A stretch of DNA of 64,000 nucleotides from Eledone cirrhosa. Taxonomy: Eukaryota. Positions within the stretch are counted from its first letter, which is position 1. Each line of letters opens with the position of its first letter. The notes below the pieces were generated by a model. It made no database searches. It was not told the DNA's origin and saw nothing but the letters and a program-made list of their open reading frames with translations. Positions 1 through 11,550 of the stretch are shown in pieces. The translations under genes were made by a program, and so were the position numbers. Where the stretch lies: contig OZ024742.1 in the NCBI GenBank assembly GCA_964016885.1, forward strand, positions 229,462,001 through 229,526,000, written 5' to 3'.

Positions 1-260
1 GACTTTCGTCGGTTTCGACGAAGAGTGTTCCTGCTGTTCTATCAACAGAACTGCCTTCTCGTAAACTTAACAAGCAAGTGCTTAATTGAACATTCCACAG
101 ACATACAGACACTTAATATAATTCTTAATTATTAAAGTTCTAGGTGTTTCATCAACGGAATTAGCTGATCGTGATCCTAACCTGAAAAGGGTTGGTCGAA
201 CATTCCACACACAGATATACTCTTACTATAATTTTCAGCGACATTCCAGGGTGGACTGAG
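1..260 (-). mobile_element. degenerate SINE 3' portion (family also at 6320-6470, 34960-35240, 41825-42410)
   Basis: Reverse complement reads gtgtctgtatgtctgtggaatgttcaa...cacttgcttgttaagtttacgag...ctgttgatagaacagcaggaacactcttcgtcgaaaccgacg. This resembles the tails of the other copies. Confidence 0.5.
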
Positions 261-604
261 ATAACATAATAAATCTTGCTCAACCAGGAATACCCTAACC
301 ACGAAGTTACACGCCACGACGTCTATTTCGTAATTTGAAAATTATTAACTATCTCTGTCTTGAGTTCAAACCGTGGGGCAGCCAAATGTCATAGATCTGA
401 AATTGACGGAATAAATATAGTTTGGAGTGGAAGAGGTTTTTTTAACCTGAAAGATCTGTCTCCAGAGACTGGTGATATTTTGCCAGACTTAGAAATCTAT
501 ATTGGTTTAATCTGAAGATGTTGCTATATACATACATACATACGTGCATACATCAATATTCCCAAACATATATGTAGGTATATATAGTATATATAGATAC
601 ATAC

Positions 605-646
<42 letters not shown>

Positions 647-1595
647 TGTCCTGCACTACATAGGTAAATAGCACTTTTTGCCGATTTGAGACGCCAAGTC
701 CATTTAATATATCTAGTTATTTTGAATGGCACTTCCATTACAATTGAATTAAAAAGTTTTAGCATGAGTTCAAGAGGTGAAAGCTAGCAACTCAACTACG
801 TCTGAAAATTACTTTCTGCCCTGGGGTGAAATGTCTTAATATTTACGTTATTCAACTTCTTCATCATATGTTTATATGACCCAATCTGTTGAGGAAGAGA
901 GAGGGAGAGTGTGTGTAAGTGTTTGTGTGTGAGAGAGAGAGTGTGTGTGTGTGACAGAGACAGAAAAGGGAACCATAGTAGTGGCCTGGTACTTTATTTG
1001 TCGACATCGAAAAGATGGAAAGCAAATTTGAATTCAGAGTACTGTGTTTCTAAATAAATACTGAGCCATTTTAAATCCGCAGCCCCAACGACTCAGTCAA
1101 TTCTTCGCCTTCGTTTATGCCTAGAAAACACCAAGCCCACTACATTGACTAAGTTAAGACTAGTTATTACCAACCTGGTTATATATTACATCCCTCCTGT
1201 TATCTCAAGGTTATGGCAATCTTGGCACTCGTTCTGGTGACAGTTTGATTGTAAGGTCTAGTGACATTGGACTAGTCGTAGAGGAACAATAATAAGATCA
1301 TCAAAAGAGGTATGACTGTGGCCCAGAGATAAAGCCCCCCAGCCATGTTTCACTGGTGATAAACTCGAGGAATTAGCCAGGCTCAATTGTACTATGCAAA
1401 TACATACACAATTGCATACATATTAATATATATTTATACCTGTTGATTACACTCATATTAACATACTATGGAAATTTGCCTACATGAAAACACACAAACC
1501 CTCATTGTACCTCTGTCTATATAAGATAATCTGTGTATAAAAATGCATAACTATAACTACATTATTAATTATTGAAAATATTATTAATCAGGCCA

Positions 1596-2470
1596 ACTGC
1601 TAAGGTAATCTGCAGGTCCATCACGCCTGAACTATTCGAGGGGCTCAGCCCGGTGCAACTAGGGGTCAGTGTGTCCAGTTAGTCTGAGGGGGCCGCTCGT
1701 GCAGCTAGACAGTTCTTCAACAGCTGCCCACTGGAACCGCCACGCGGGACGCCAGACACCTCATTGCCAAGCTTGACATGAAGAATGCCATGAAGTACCG
1801 ACGGCCTGACCTGCCTCGGGAGAGTCCCCGCTGTCTACCCGCTGGTCTACCTGTGGTATGGAGCTCTGAGCATGCTTCTTGCTGACACAGTCCTACCATC
1901 AGCCACTGGTGTTCAACAGAGTGACCCTTCTCTTTGCTCTCAGGATAGATCACATTTCTAGAAGCATCATGACCCCTTTCAGCGTTAGTTACCTGGATGA
2001 TGTCACGTTGGGCGGGCTCCCGGAGTCTGTCTACCAGGATCTGTGGTCGATGTTTCCTGTCCTGGCGACAATCGGCGGCTGTCTTGGCGACTCGAGATGA
2101 ACTTGTCCAAGTCGGTGGTGGTGAATGTCAACTACGACGGAGAGGGCTTTGCTGCCTCCACCAGGTGCAAGTCCATTTCCCCAGGACCACCTCCCTACTT
2201 ACCATCCTCGGATCGGTGGTGGCTACGTGCAGGCATGAGCCTCATGAGCTGGAATGGCTCTTCCAACGTCTCTCCCTCACCATCCTCCGGGGAAACGCCT
2301 TCTCTATTCCGTCCACCGGGGCCGCGCGGCGGCCAACGCATATGATCCCATTTGCTTATAATAGTGAGAAATGGGTAGAGCGAGAGAGACGGAGGATTTG
2401 AGTGCAAGTATTTTATAACATCTTGTTTGATATATGACCATGGAAATATTAATGGTATAAATAAAGTGTC
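1596..2470 (+). mobile_element. CRE-clade non-LTR retrotransposon, internally deleted, decayed
   Basis: Broken frames give SPVQLGVSVSS*SEGAARAARQF, IAKLDMKNAM, SYLDDVTLGG and LEMNLSKS. These are joined directly to the CRE C-terminus WLFQRLSLTILRGNAFSI. Confidence 0.75.
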
Positions 2471-2649
2471 ACTGCTCCTACCGAAACGGTTATGTATACA
2501 AATTATACCGAAATTTACTTTGAAAAGTGTAGTCAAAATATTTGTGAAGGCAATTTGAATTGTAACAAGATTGAAGTGCAGTCTTTTTTACGATTTCAGG
2601 AAAGAAATAAGGACATGGAAGGAAGTTCTATATTTCTTGCGGGTTAGGC

Positions 2650-2900
2650 TTAATCCTTCTCTCGGTTTAACAAAACAATATGGTCATTGAGTGGCTTTGG
2701 CCGAGTCCATTCTGTTGGAAGTATTTGAATCTTTTCTCCGATATGATGATATATTCCTCCTTCCCGCTTCCGTTGTCTCCCTTCCATCTTCCCTTCCACC
2801 AGTCAGGGATGCCTTGAAAATTATCTTGGCTACAGTCTTCTACCCCCACTAAACATCGAAAAAATCCTACATGGAGCAGAGTAAATGTGGTCTTTCTCAA
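2650..2900 (-). mobile_element. RTE-like LINE 3' remnant
   Basis: Minus-strand fragments across frameshifts (KIIF-QG, GGR-GRQRKR) resemble the RTE ORF C-terminus. Confidence 0.35.
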
Positions 2901-2946
2901 TCGCACTTGTTACACAACAAATGCATTGTTAACTCGGACCTGTAGA

Positions 2947-3187
2947 GTAGTGGTTTCCGATCTATTCGCTACCAAGGACACTTATATTTGGGTAAATATT
3001 CTCATGGATCCCCCAATATACGTCAGTTCTAAATTGTTATAAATTGTTAATAACGATCAAAAGATATAAATATTTATACTTATAGTCAGTAACCGAAAAT
3101 GCGTGTATATTATGTTCATAATACGACACTTGAAATTTAAAATTAACTAGCCGGACTAATTTTGTGGACGCCAGGTTGGGAACTGCT
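2947..3187. mobile_element. possible hAT-type MITE
   Basis: Left end is tagtggtttccga and right end is ggttgggaactgctg (CAGTGGTTCCCAA-like TIRs). An 8-bp TSD is not cleanly preserved. Confidence 0.3.
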
Positions 3188-3794
3188 GGTATAGTAGCAT
3201 CATTTATTTGAATACTCGATTTCCCAAAGAATTCCCTTGATTGGAGGTAGGGGTACGTCGAAGCCATCACATCGTATGAAAAAGTCAATAATAGTTAACG
3301 TTGAGTTCGCTTCCCCCATTCGTATATGGTTATTTGCTTTATATTATGTGTACTGTTACCAACACAGACCTGCTAAAGAAATATTAAATATATATAATTT
3401 AATGTAATATGATATCATATAATATGATAAAATATAAAAAAATAGTATATTTTTGCAAACGATTGAAGAAATATGGCGTTTCTATCTATTTTAATTACAC
3501 ATTCAATGATTGAAGGAAATCGTTTTTATGAATAATTCATAAAAATCGATACGAAGAAATTACGACACCTCATCAAAACTGTTAAGATTATTTAAGTGAT
3601 TTTGAAAGAATGGATTCTATTCTAAGCGCCATAGAATATTTTAGAGAACTTTTTAGAGAAAGTGTTTCATTAATATTATATAATAATGAACCCGTGCCGT
3701 CAATAATGATGTCATCAGCAGCGTTGAACGTATTTGAGTTTTAGAGTCCAGGATTGATTGGTATGCCATGTTTATGTGTGTATGTATGTATATA

Positions 3795-3834
<40 letters not shown>

Positions 3835-3898
3835 CATGAAATATTATTCAACAAGTTAAAATTAACTTCGTCTATTCATAGGCGGGGTTATATATATT

Positions 3899-3939
3899 TT
3901 TCGGTGATAACCGTTATGCAACAGCTATGATCTCATCAG
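3899..3939 (-). ncRNA. hammerhead-like motif (degenerate)
   Basis: CTGATGA gatc ATAGCTGTT gcat AACGGTTAT cacc GAAA. Both core boxes flank a long stem II. The base of stem II and stem I are imperfect. Confidence 0.45.
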
Positions 3940-3957
3940 ACAAAATAATTATCTTGT

Positions 3958-4012
3958 CTGACGAATGGGCTGGACGTTTCTGTAAAGATCTAGTTTCTCG
4001 AAATCGTCGGTA
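3958..4012 (+). ncRNA. hammerhead-like motif (degenerate)
   Basis: CTGACGA at GGGCTGGA cgtttctgtaaaga TCTAGTTT ctc GAAA tcg TC. Stem II is G-U rich and stem I is weak. Confidence 0.4.
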
Positions 4013-4169
4013 ATTGGATAATTATATTGTGTTGTTTATTATTTAATTAAATAGCTCTGAACATTACATGGAGCACTCTTCTTTCCTTTACCTTTTCTAC
4101 GGAAATACTTAACACACACACACGCACTCACACACACACACTAACACACACACATATATATTTATATAT

Positions 4170-4244
4170 AAAGAGTCAGGACCCCGACGGCTGAGCTGGG
4201 CTCCAGCGTTATGGGCTCCTTGGTATCCTATCATACCCTCTTTG

Positions 4245-4302
<58 letters not shown>

Positions 4303-4378
4303 CAAAGAGGGTATGATAGGATACCAAGGAGCCCATAACGCTGGAGCTCAGCTCAGCCGTCGGGGTCCTGACTCTTTT
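4170..4378. repeat. inverted repeat (about 78-bp arms) around a (TA)n spacer
   Basis: aaagagtcaggaccccgacgg...ctctttgtt (TA)n aacaaagag...ccgtcggggtcctgactcttt, with one mismatch. The ORF track gives the same peptide on both strands. Confidence 0.95.
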
Positions 4379-4985
4379 CCTATAGCAACTACACAGCCAT
4401 TGCTAATCTCCATATATTTCATCATGTTTTTCTCTTTGACCATTCTTCTCTCCCCTTCTACCTTCCTATTTCGCCACTTTCTACTCTCACCCCTCTTTCT
4501 TCCCCTCCCTCTCTCCCTATCTACTCATTACCCCCACTTTCTTGCTCTCCCTTTCTCCCTCTCCCTTTAACCCCCTCGTCTGACCGTTTAGCAGTTCTCT
4601 TCTCACTTACAACTGCGGCCATCAGACGTGTGTCTTCTTTCTCTCGATTACTCGGTCTCGTACTTAAGTTCTATTATCGAGTGGTCTTCGATTTCCTACC
4701 TAGAGTTGCTCGCACATTGCTCGGTTTGTGGGTTTTTTTCGCTATTTTGTTACTGTTTCTCTTTTCTTCCCCTTTGCTTTCCTCCCCTCCTTCCTTCGTT
4801 TTCCCAATAACTTATCCAGTTATTGACGCCCTGGGGTGAAGTGGTATCCTGTCTCTAAAGCGTAGAAATATCCTAGACCCCCAGTAGACAACTGATGAGG
4901 ACCCCCTCCCTTTCTTCGTATTCTCACTGCATTTTAAGTTACCTTAAATAGCTACTACACAGCCATTTCAATTCTCCATATATTT

Positions 4986-4990
<5 letters not shown>
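4299..4990. mobile_element. non-autonomous (TA)n-inserted element with internal direct repeat
   Basis: ctacacagccatt...tctccatatattt occurs at about 4389 and about 4955. The head is shared with elements at 13780, 31420 and 60500. Confidence 0.45.
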
Positions 4991-5020
<30 letters not shown>

Positions 5021-5145
5021 GTAAAAATTAAAAAGAGAAGCGAGGACCACACATCATCAGTGATCTACCAGCCATCATAGGTACTTCTTCACATTAAAGA
5101 TCAGACACCTCAGGCTACCGCGAACGATAAAATAAGTTAACACAG

Positions 5146-5200
5146 CACGCTGAAGAAGGCATAACATATTGTTAATATGATATCCCTGAAATATATATAA
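5146..5200 (+). ncRNA. hammerhead-like motif
   Basis: CTGAAGA AGGCATAACATATT gtt AATATGATATCCCT GAAA tata TA. Stem II pairs at 12 of 14 positions and loop III is palindromic. Stem I is decayed. Confidence 0.5.
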
Positions 5201-5260
5201 TGAAATAAATATGGTTTTATAAATATAATTTCCATTTATTTAATATCGTATATATATATA

Positions 5261-5664
5261 TATATATTGGTAAACGGAATAGAAAATGCTGACAAATTGT
5301 TCACAGTTGAAAAATGGTTTAATTAGGAATAAAAGAGTATTAGTGATTGTATGGGTTAGTATTCAGTTGTGGTTTTAAGTTTTTAAGTTTTTACCGGTTG
5401 CGCATTTCTAAATGCTTTTCAAAAATAATTTTGAGATAGAGTGTCCGTGCTGTTTGCTCTGATCAGAGCAAACAGCACGGACACTCTATCTCAAAATTAT
5501 TTTTGAAAAGCATTTAGAAATGCGCAACCGGTAAAAACTTAAAAACTTAAAACCACAACTGAATACTAACCCATACAATCACTAATACTCTTTTATTCCT
5601 AATTAAACCATTTTTCAACTGTGAACAATTTGTCAGCATTTTCTATTCCGTTTACCAATATATA
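5261..5664. repeat. perfect spacer-less palindrome of about 404 bp
   Basis: The centre is ...gtttgctctga|tcagagcaaac... at 5462/5463. The arms read as exact reverse complements out to tatatattgg/ccaatatata. Each arm carries a hammerhead-like motif (5503-5533 on +). Confidence 0.95.
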
Positions 5665-5845
5665 ATAACTTGTGTGTTACACCTCTATTCTTTTAACTAT
5701 ATATATATATATATATGTGTGTGTGAGTTTTTCGAATATTAATAATAACATTCGATTTGTTTGCAATTATGCAAAAAAGCCTCAATTTTATAGCCATGTC
5801 AGTAGAATGAACCCTTCATTCTTGCTCTTGTGTTGCATGCGAGCA

Positions 5846-5895
5846 GAACTGCAGACACTAATGTTTCTGGGTATCACCCTTCATCAGTACAGCTC
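5846..5895 (-). ncRNA. type I hammerhead ribozyme, intact core
   Basis: GAGCTGTA CTGATGA a GGGT gat ACCC a GAA ACA ttag TGT C|TGCAGTTC. It has an 8-bp stem I (2 G-U), a 4-bp stem II, a 3-bp stem III and a GUC cleavage triplet. Confidence 0.8.
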
Positions 5896-5971
5896 ACTGT
5901 TCACCTGCCAAACTGTCAGAGCTAGTGAAAATATAAGCTAATTTCAAAAATACAGAGTGACAGATCGGCCT

Positions 5972-6030
5972 GATTTGCATATTAGCAGACTGGCTATTAC
6001 GATTTGCATATTAGCAGACTGGTATTACGA
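5972..6030. promoter_or_regulatory. 29-bp tandem duplication, each copy with an octamer motif (ATTTGCAT)
   Basis: gatttgcatattagcagactgg(c)tattac x2, with octamers at 5973-5980 and 6002-6009. The duplication is seen directly; a promoter role is inferred. Confidence 0.45.
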
Positions 6031-7171
6031 TACTTACAGAATATATATATATATATATTACATAATGTTGTTTTAGGTATCAATCGAAGTTGTAGGTGCC
6101 TTATATAAACACACATGGCGTGTTATAGTTGTAGACGCAGCGCGGCCGAACGGTGATGAGACCATTTGGCAGTCACTAGGTCTCTAGTTAGATATCACTG
6201 CATAGCAGCTTTGGCAATTGTCATTGGCTACAACCTCGGTTAAACCTATATTTTCTCAGTCAAATTAGGTAGATGGAAAGCGTTTGGATGTCCCTGTTTT
6301 TTAAAACCTCAACCTTATCATACAATGTGTCCCGCTGGGTATCGCAAGGAATTGTTAATATTACTATATGTGTCTGTGGAATAGTCAGCTACTTTCACGT
6401 TAATTACAGGTGTATGTTGTCTCTGTTGATAGAACAACTGGAACACTCATGCTCGATAGTGACCGAGGTCCATTACTTTCAAAATTATTTCGTGGTTATA
6501 GTTAAAAATAAACAGTTTATAGGAATCCAAATTGTCGATTGATAATTAATATAAAATCGTTTATTGAGTTATTAAAGTTATGAAAATGCGAAGAAATATG
6601 AAACTGCTTACACATCAATTATATATGTTTGTTTGTGTGTGTTTTAAGTGTGTATGTGTGTGTTGTATGTGTAGGTATGTGCGTGTGTGTGTGTCTGTAC
6701 ATATTAGCGCTTGTTTGTGTGTGTGTGTGTCAGTTTTGTACTTCGATGTTAAATGTGTGTTTGTGCGTGAGTGTGTGTGTCTGTGTGTTGTAAACGTGTG
6801 GATAAAATGTGTGCCCGTATTTATTTATCTATGATAATATATCCGTTGTTACTTTTGTGTTTGTGTGTATTTATGTCTTTTTCTGATTATCTGTGTGTGT
6901 GTATTTGTGAGTGTATGTGTGCGTTCGTATGTGTGTGTATATATTTGTGCGTAAGTATTATCTCATATAAAAATTAAAATTTGTCAGCTATAAAATATTT
7001 AATACACAGAAATATCTTAATTAGGTGACACTCCGTAAGAGTTATAAATTAATGAGTTTGACAGCAGAAAAGTAATAGTAGCTTTGCTTTTAAGTAATTT
7101 TCGAAAGCAAATTCCTGCAACTCACCTTGTTTTCTGCTCCTGGTCTTACGATGTTGATCCCCAAATACATA

Positions 7172-7355
7172 GAGGTAAAATTCCGTTATAACGAATACCA
7201 TTATAATGTATTTTCAGTATAACGAATTTTTTCAATCTCCAAGGTAGTAACAAACAAACGCTCGATTTGTTTCGGTCGATCTCGTTATAAAGAATTTTTC
7301 GATACAACGAATTTTTTTATACACTGTGAATTTCGTTATAACGTAATTTTACTTT
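7172..7355. mobile_element. Tc1/pogo (Tigger-like) MITE
   Basis: TIRs gtaaaattccgttataacgaa / ttcgttataacgtaattttac, internal ataacgaa repeats and TA flanks. Confidence 0.6.
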
Positions 7356-7424
7356 ATATATATTTTTTCTCTCCAGAGCACATTTTACAACTAGTAAAAC
7401 ATTTTTGTGCACTTTGTAAACTAT

Positions 7425-7600
7425 TTCCATCTTCCGGGAAAACACCTTCTCTATTCTCCCCGCCGGGGCCGCGGGGAGGCCACTACATGGGTCCCCATTT
7501 GCTCATAATAGTGAGACATGGGGAAAGCGGGTGTGACGGGGTAGTGACAGTGGGAGTTTGGTACTTTTGAGTTCGGAACTGTATATGTTTTTCATAATGA
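7425..7600 (+). mobile_element. 3' end fragment of the CRE family seen at 1596-2470
   Basis: ccatcttccgggaaaacaccttctctattc...ccggggccgcg...cccatttgctcataatagtgaga matches 2280-2375. Confidence 0.7.
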
Positions 7601-8316
7601 TGTGAAATGATAGTGTCATTGATATGATACAAACAGCTGATCTACCTGTTGATCGTATAACACCTCAATGACCACGTCATCAGAAAATCTTTGTAAATAT
7701 CAAAATCTGAAGATCTACCTAACTGATACTTTAAACTACATTAGCTCAAATAACCCAAATCTGTTCGCTGTCCTTTCTACCGTCCTTCAGATGTTATTAG
7801 TAAGTCGTTTTTATAAATGTAATTTCCAACTTTAATATCACATGATCTCATTTCTAAATTTATTCAAGATAAGTATTTATAAATATTAACACGGTAAAAG
7901 TAGAAATGTGGATATAAGTAGAAATATATAAGTAGATATTGTTATACTTTGGGAGGGTCATGTTGCCAATAAGAAACACACGCACCAGTTGCTTTCACTT
8001 CAATTTATAATAAATTCCTAAATTTAGGAATTTATAAATTTATAAATTTCTGGTTGGTTGGTTGGTTCCACAACCAGATAGTTGTTTATATATTGTCAAA
8101 GTTCTTTCGTGACTGGGGATTCTTTTCTTTGTTTTTGTGCCTCTCTTTTGTTCTGTCCTACGCCATTTTGTTTCTGTGTGTGTGTTGTGTGCTCAGTCTG
8201 CGCATGCGCCACATCCGGGTGTCTGTGTGTGTGTTTATATTCATTTATTTATTTGTTTATTTACATGTTACCGGTTGGTTGTTTGTTCTATGTGTGTGTG
8301 TGTTTTCATTTTGTTC

Positions 8317-11300
8317 TTAATTGTAAGATGTGATGTTGCTGTTCCACTCATATTTTCTATTTAATTTTGGTTGTAATTCTTTTATGTTTAATGCCTCTGT
8401 GATTTGTCTAAACATTGCGTCTTTTCTGTGTGTAGATTCTATTTTTATTTCTATGTTCTCTAATTTACCCTTATGTGCTATATTAGCATGTTGGTAGAAT
8501 ACAGATGATTCTTTACTATCTTGAAGGTCTCGCCAGTGTTCATTTATCCGTTTCCCTACACTCCGAGCTGTCTCACCTATGTACACTATATTTTTGTCTC
8601 TACATTGTCCTTCAGTACATCTTATGCTATACACTACATATCTAGTTTTACACTTAATATGGGGGCTTATTTTACAGGTTATACATTTCTTATCTATACA
8701 GGGGGGTCTTTGAAAAGAGTATCTCTTGCTAATAAGTGTTTTTACGGAGGTACCTGGTATTTCTACTATCTTAATATTGAGTTTATGTTTATCTAGGGCC
8801 CTTCTAAATGTGTAAGCTAATTCACCTCTAGGGGTTGTATCGATGAACATTACACTCTGGTATTTATTGCTATCATACCATGAGTTTATTCTATTAGCCT
8901 TATTCCTAGTTCTTTCTATTCTATTCCAAAATTTGCTCCTATACAAGGGGCAGGTCCCATTTGTGTCATTATTTACCATTTTTTCCCATTTGGTTCTGGC
9001 TCCTCTATACACTCTGATTTTATCTCTCTGATTGTAACCAGAGAACTGCATACGGGGGATGAAGTGTTGTATGTGTCTCTCTAGTTCTTCGGGGTTGCAC
9101 ATGCGGGACACGTTTCTCATCACCCGTACCAAATCCGCAATCAGTATGTTGATTTTGGTATGGTCCGAAACAGGCGAGTTTCGGTGGATCAGATGTTTGG
9201 AAGTCATGGGATTGGCATAATGGGAATGGAGGATTTGTTTTTTGTTATTAATGGTATCTAACCAGAGCTCTGTGTCTAGTACAGGTAATCGATGGTTGGG
9301 GTGTTTACTTGGGTATTCTATAGTAACTCTAATACTCTGGTGGATGGAGTTAGCTATTTGCTGGATGCTTTCCATCGGGTTTTTCTCTAGTTCCTGACTG
9401 TTCTCTAGTGGGGGTGTCTTAACTACGATGTTTATATCATCAACGTAGCGGGAGTACATTATTAGGGTTAAGGGGTCTTCTAATTGTTCTTTAAGTTTAA
9501 GTTTAAGTCTACTGTCCCACCATACCATGAATAAGTTAGCTATGTCGCCTGCGATGATAACACCAATGGCTGCTCCTTCCTCTTGGGCATATGTTTTTCC
9601 ATTAAATTTGAACATATGTTCCTTAAGGGTTAGATTTATGCTGGGCCCTACCGCATGTGCAATCATTTTCTTTAGTTCATCGTGGTTTTCGGGTGTCCGT
9701 ATGGCTCCTGTCCACCCGTTCCATCTATCTGTGTGGGTTTTCTTGGCCATTGAGGTAATGGTAGGTGGTCTGCCTCTTGCTGGTCTTGTAGGGCACAGGT
9801 TGCTAAGGTCATATGTGTCTAGGTAATTATTACTATAGGTAAGTTTAAGTAGGAGTCCCAGCTCACCGGTATCAATCCCACCGAACTCAACATTGCTCTC
9901 ACTGATCATTTCTACGCATTTCTCCACAGCAAAATCCACGTCAATAGATGGATACAGGGACACAACATCCATACTACCTATTATGCAGTTTGTTAGGTCC
10001 CTAGATCAGTTAATCTCGCCGATTCTGCTGAGGAGGTCCTCCGTGCTGTCACATACATCTGGGGACATTTCAATGATGGGGCGTATGATCAGGGTGAGGA
10101 AGTAGGACAGTCGGTAGTTACTAGCAATGTTAGCTCCACAGACTGGCCGTGTTGGTGGTCCCGTGAAAGGGTCACTGCCCGTTTTATGATGCTTTCGAAG
10201 CCCATACAACGCCGGCACGTCATTGTTCCAGGCCTGGAAGTTGTTGGCAGTCCTTTTGTTGGGCTGCATTATATTCGCCCATATCACCATATGGGCATTG
10301 AGGGCTTTCTCTCTATCCTCATGCTCCTGCGGTGTTACCTCTCTTGTGTTAGTGATGTGGGGTTGCAGTGCCTGGATGTAGTTTGGCTGGCTGTCAACCG
10401 ACATTCTGCCAGACTTGTCTGTTGGAAAGCATGCTATCTCTCCATTACGCGAGCGCTGCATGAGCTTACGCAAGCCATTTGCAGATTTTTTTCCCAGTTG
10501 CTGGGCCTCCATTCTATTATGCTTCTTGCTATACTGTTCTATAATATTTCTAAGTTTGGATCTAGCTATACTAAATTGTGCTTCTGTTTGTTCATCGACC
10601 TGCGACGGCAATTGCGTGCGTTTGTTAAATGGTAAAGTCGTGGCGTGGACTCGTCGCAGGTCGAACGACTTATCGGAGGGATTATAAAAAGTAGAGTTCC
10701 AGGCTGCTGCTTTATGTGTACTAGTGCTATTGTTATTGTTAGTTGTGTTGTTTCTATTTCCACCAACAGCCTCATGGTTGTTTCTATGTCTCTCATAATT
10801 ACTCCTGTCTCTTTCCACTGGCTCATTGTTATTATCTACTCTATTTTGTGTGTCTGTGTGTTCGTCTTGGTTATATTCTTTGTCCATAGTCTCCCTTCTC
10901 CTTTTAATCCTATTAATTTCCCTTATTTCTGTGATTTCTGTGCTACTGTCATTACTTGTTTTCTGTGTCTGTGTGTTTGTTAAGATTGTGGTGGTGGTGA
11001 GAGGCATTGAATGTGTGTTGTTGTTGTCGATGTGTGCTGTTGTTGATGTGTGTTGTTGTTGTATCCGTGTGTGTTATTATTGTTGTGTGTGTTGTTATTG
11101 TTGTTTGTGTCTGCGTGTCTGTTGTTGTTGTTTCTGAGTATGTTATTATTGTTGGTGTGTGTGTTGTTATTGTTGATTGTGTCTGTGTGTCTGTTGTTGT
11201 TGGGATGTGTGTTGTATATGTGTGTACGTATGTTGTTACTTTTGTTTTTGTTTTTGTTTTTGAGGCTCCAACGTAATTTTGTAAATGATTTTTCTATTTC

Positions 11301-11550
11301 TGACAGACAACTAATCATATTTACCTTCTTGAATGTCGCAAATTTCGGTGGTAGAAGTAATACAGATAGTTCATCAGGGTCTATTGCCGTGTTGCCGTAT
11401 ATATTTGTGTTGTTGTTGTTGAACTCATCTGTTAATAAGGTGTCGGCCATATTTATACCGTCAATTTTGTCGGGATATCTATTGGTATTCTCTACAGTAT
11501 CCTGATTTAGTTTTATCTGCTTAAGCCACTTTAGTTTTTTGTTAAACTCG
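8317..11550 (-). pseudogene. PLE polyprotein: N-terminal region, DKG motif, reverse transcriptase, Cys-rich linker, GIY-YIG endonuclease
   Basis: Motifs are LLLPPKFA, PTDKSGR, DVVSLYPSI, GAAIG, SRYVDDI, LPVLD, CIDKKCITC, VVYSIRC..C..VYIGETARS..RINEH and RQITEALNI. There is one in-frame TGA (10006-10008), a frameshift in the Asn/Thr-rich tract near 11000, and 5' truncation at the inversion junction. The 551-aa block 8317-9972 is open. Confidence 0.9.

Noticed and set aside
1130-1380. LTR start with polypurine tract (minus strand aggaggga-TGTAATA)
   Set aside because: I found no second LTR, PBS or coding remnant.
4892-4925. CTGATGAG as a hammerhead core
   Set aside because: There is no stem II or downstream GAAA in this copy.
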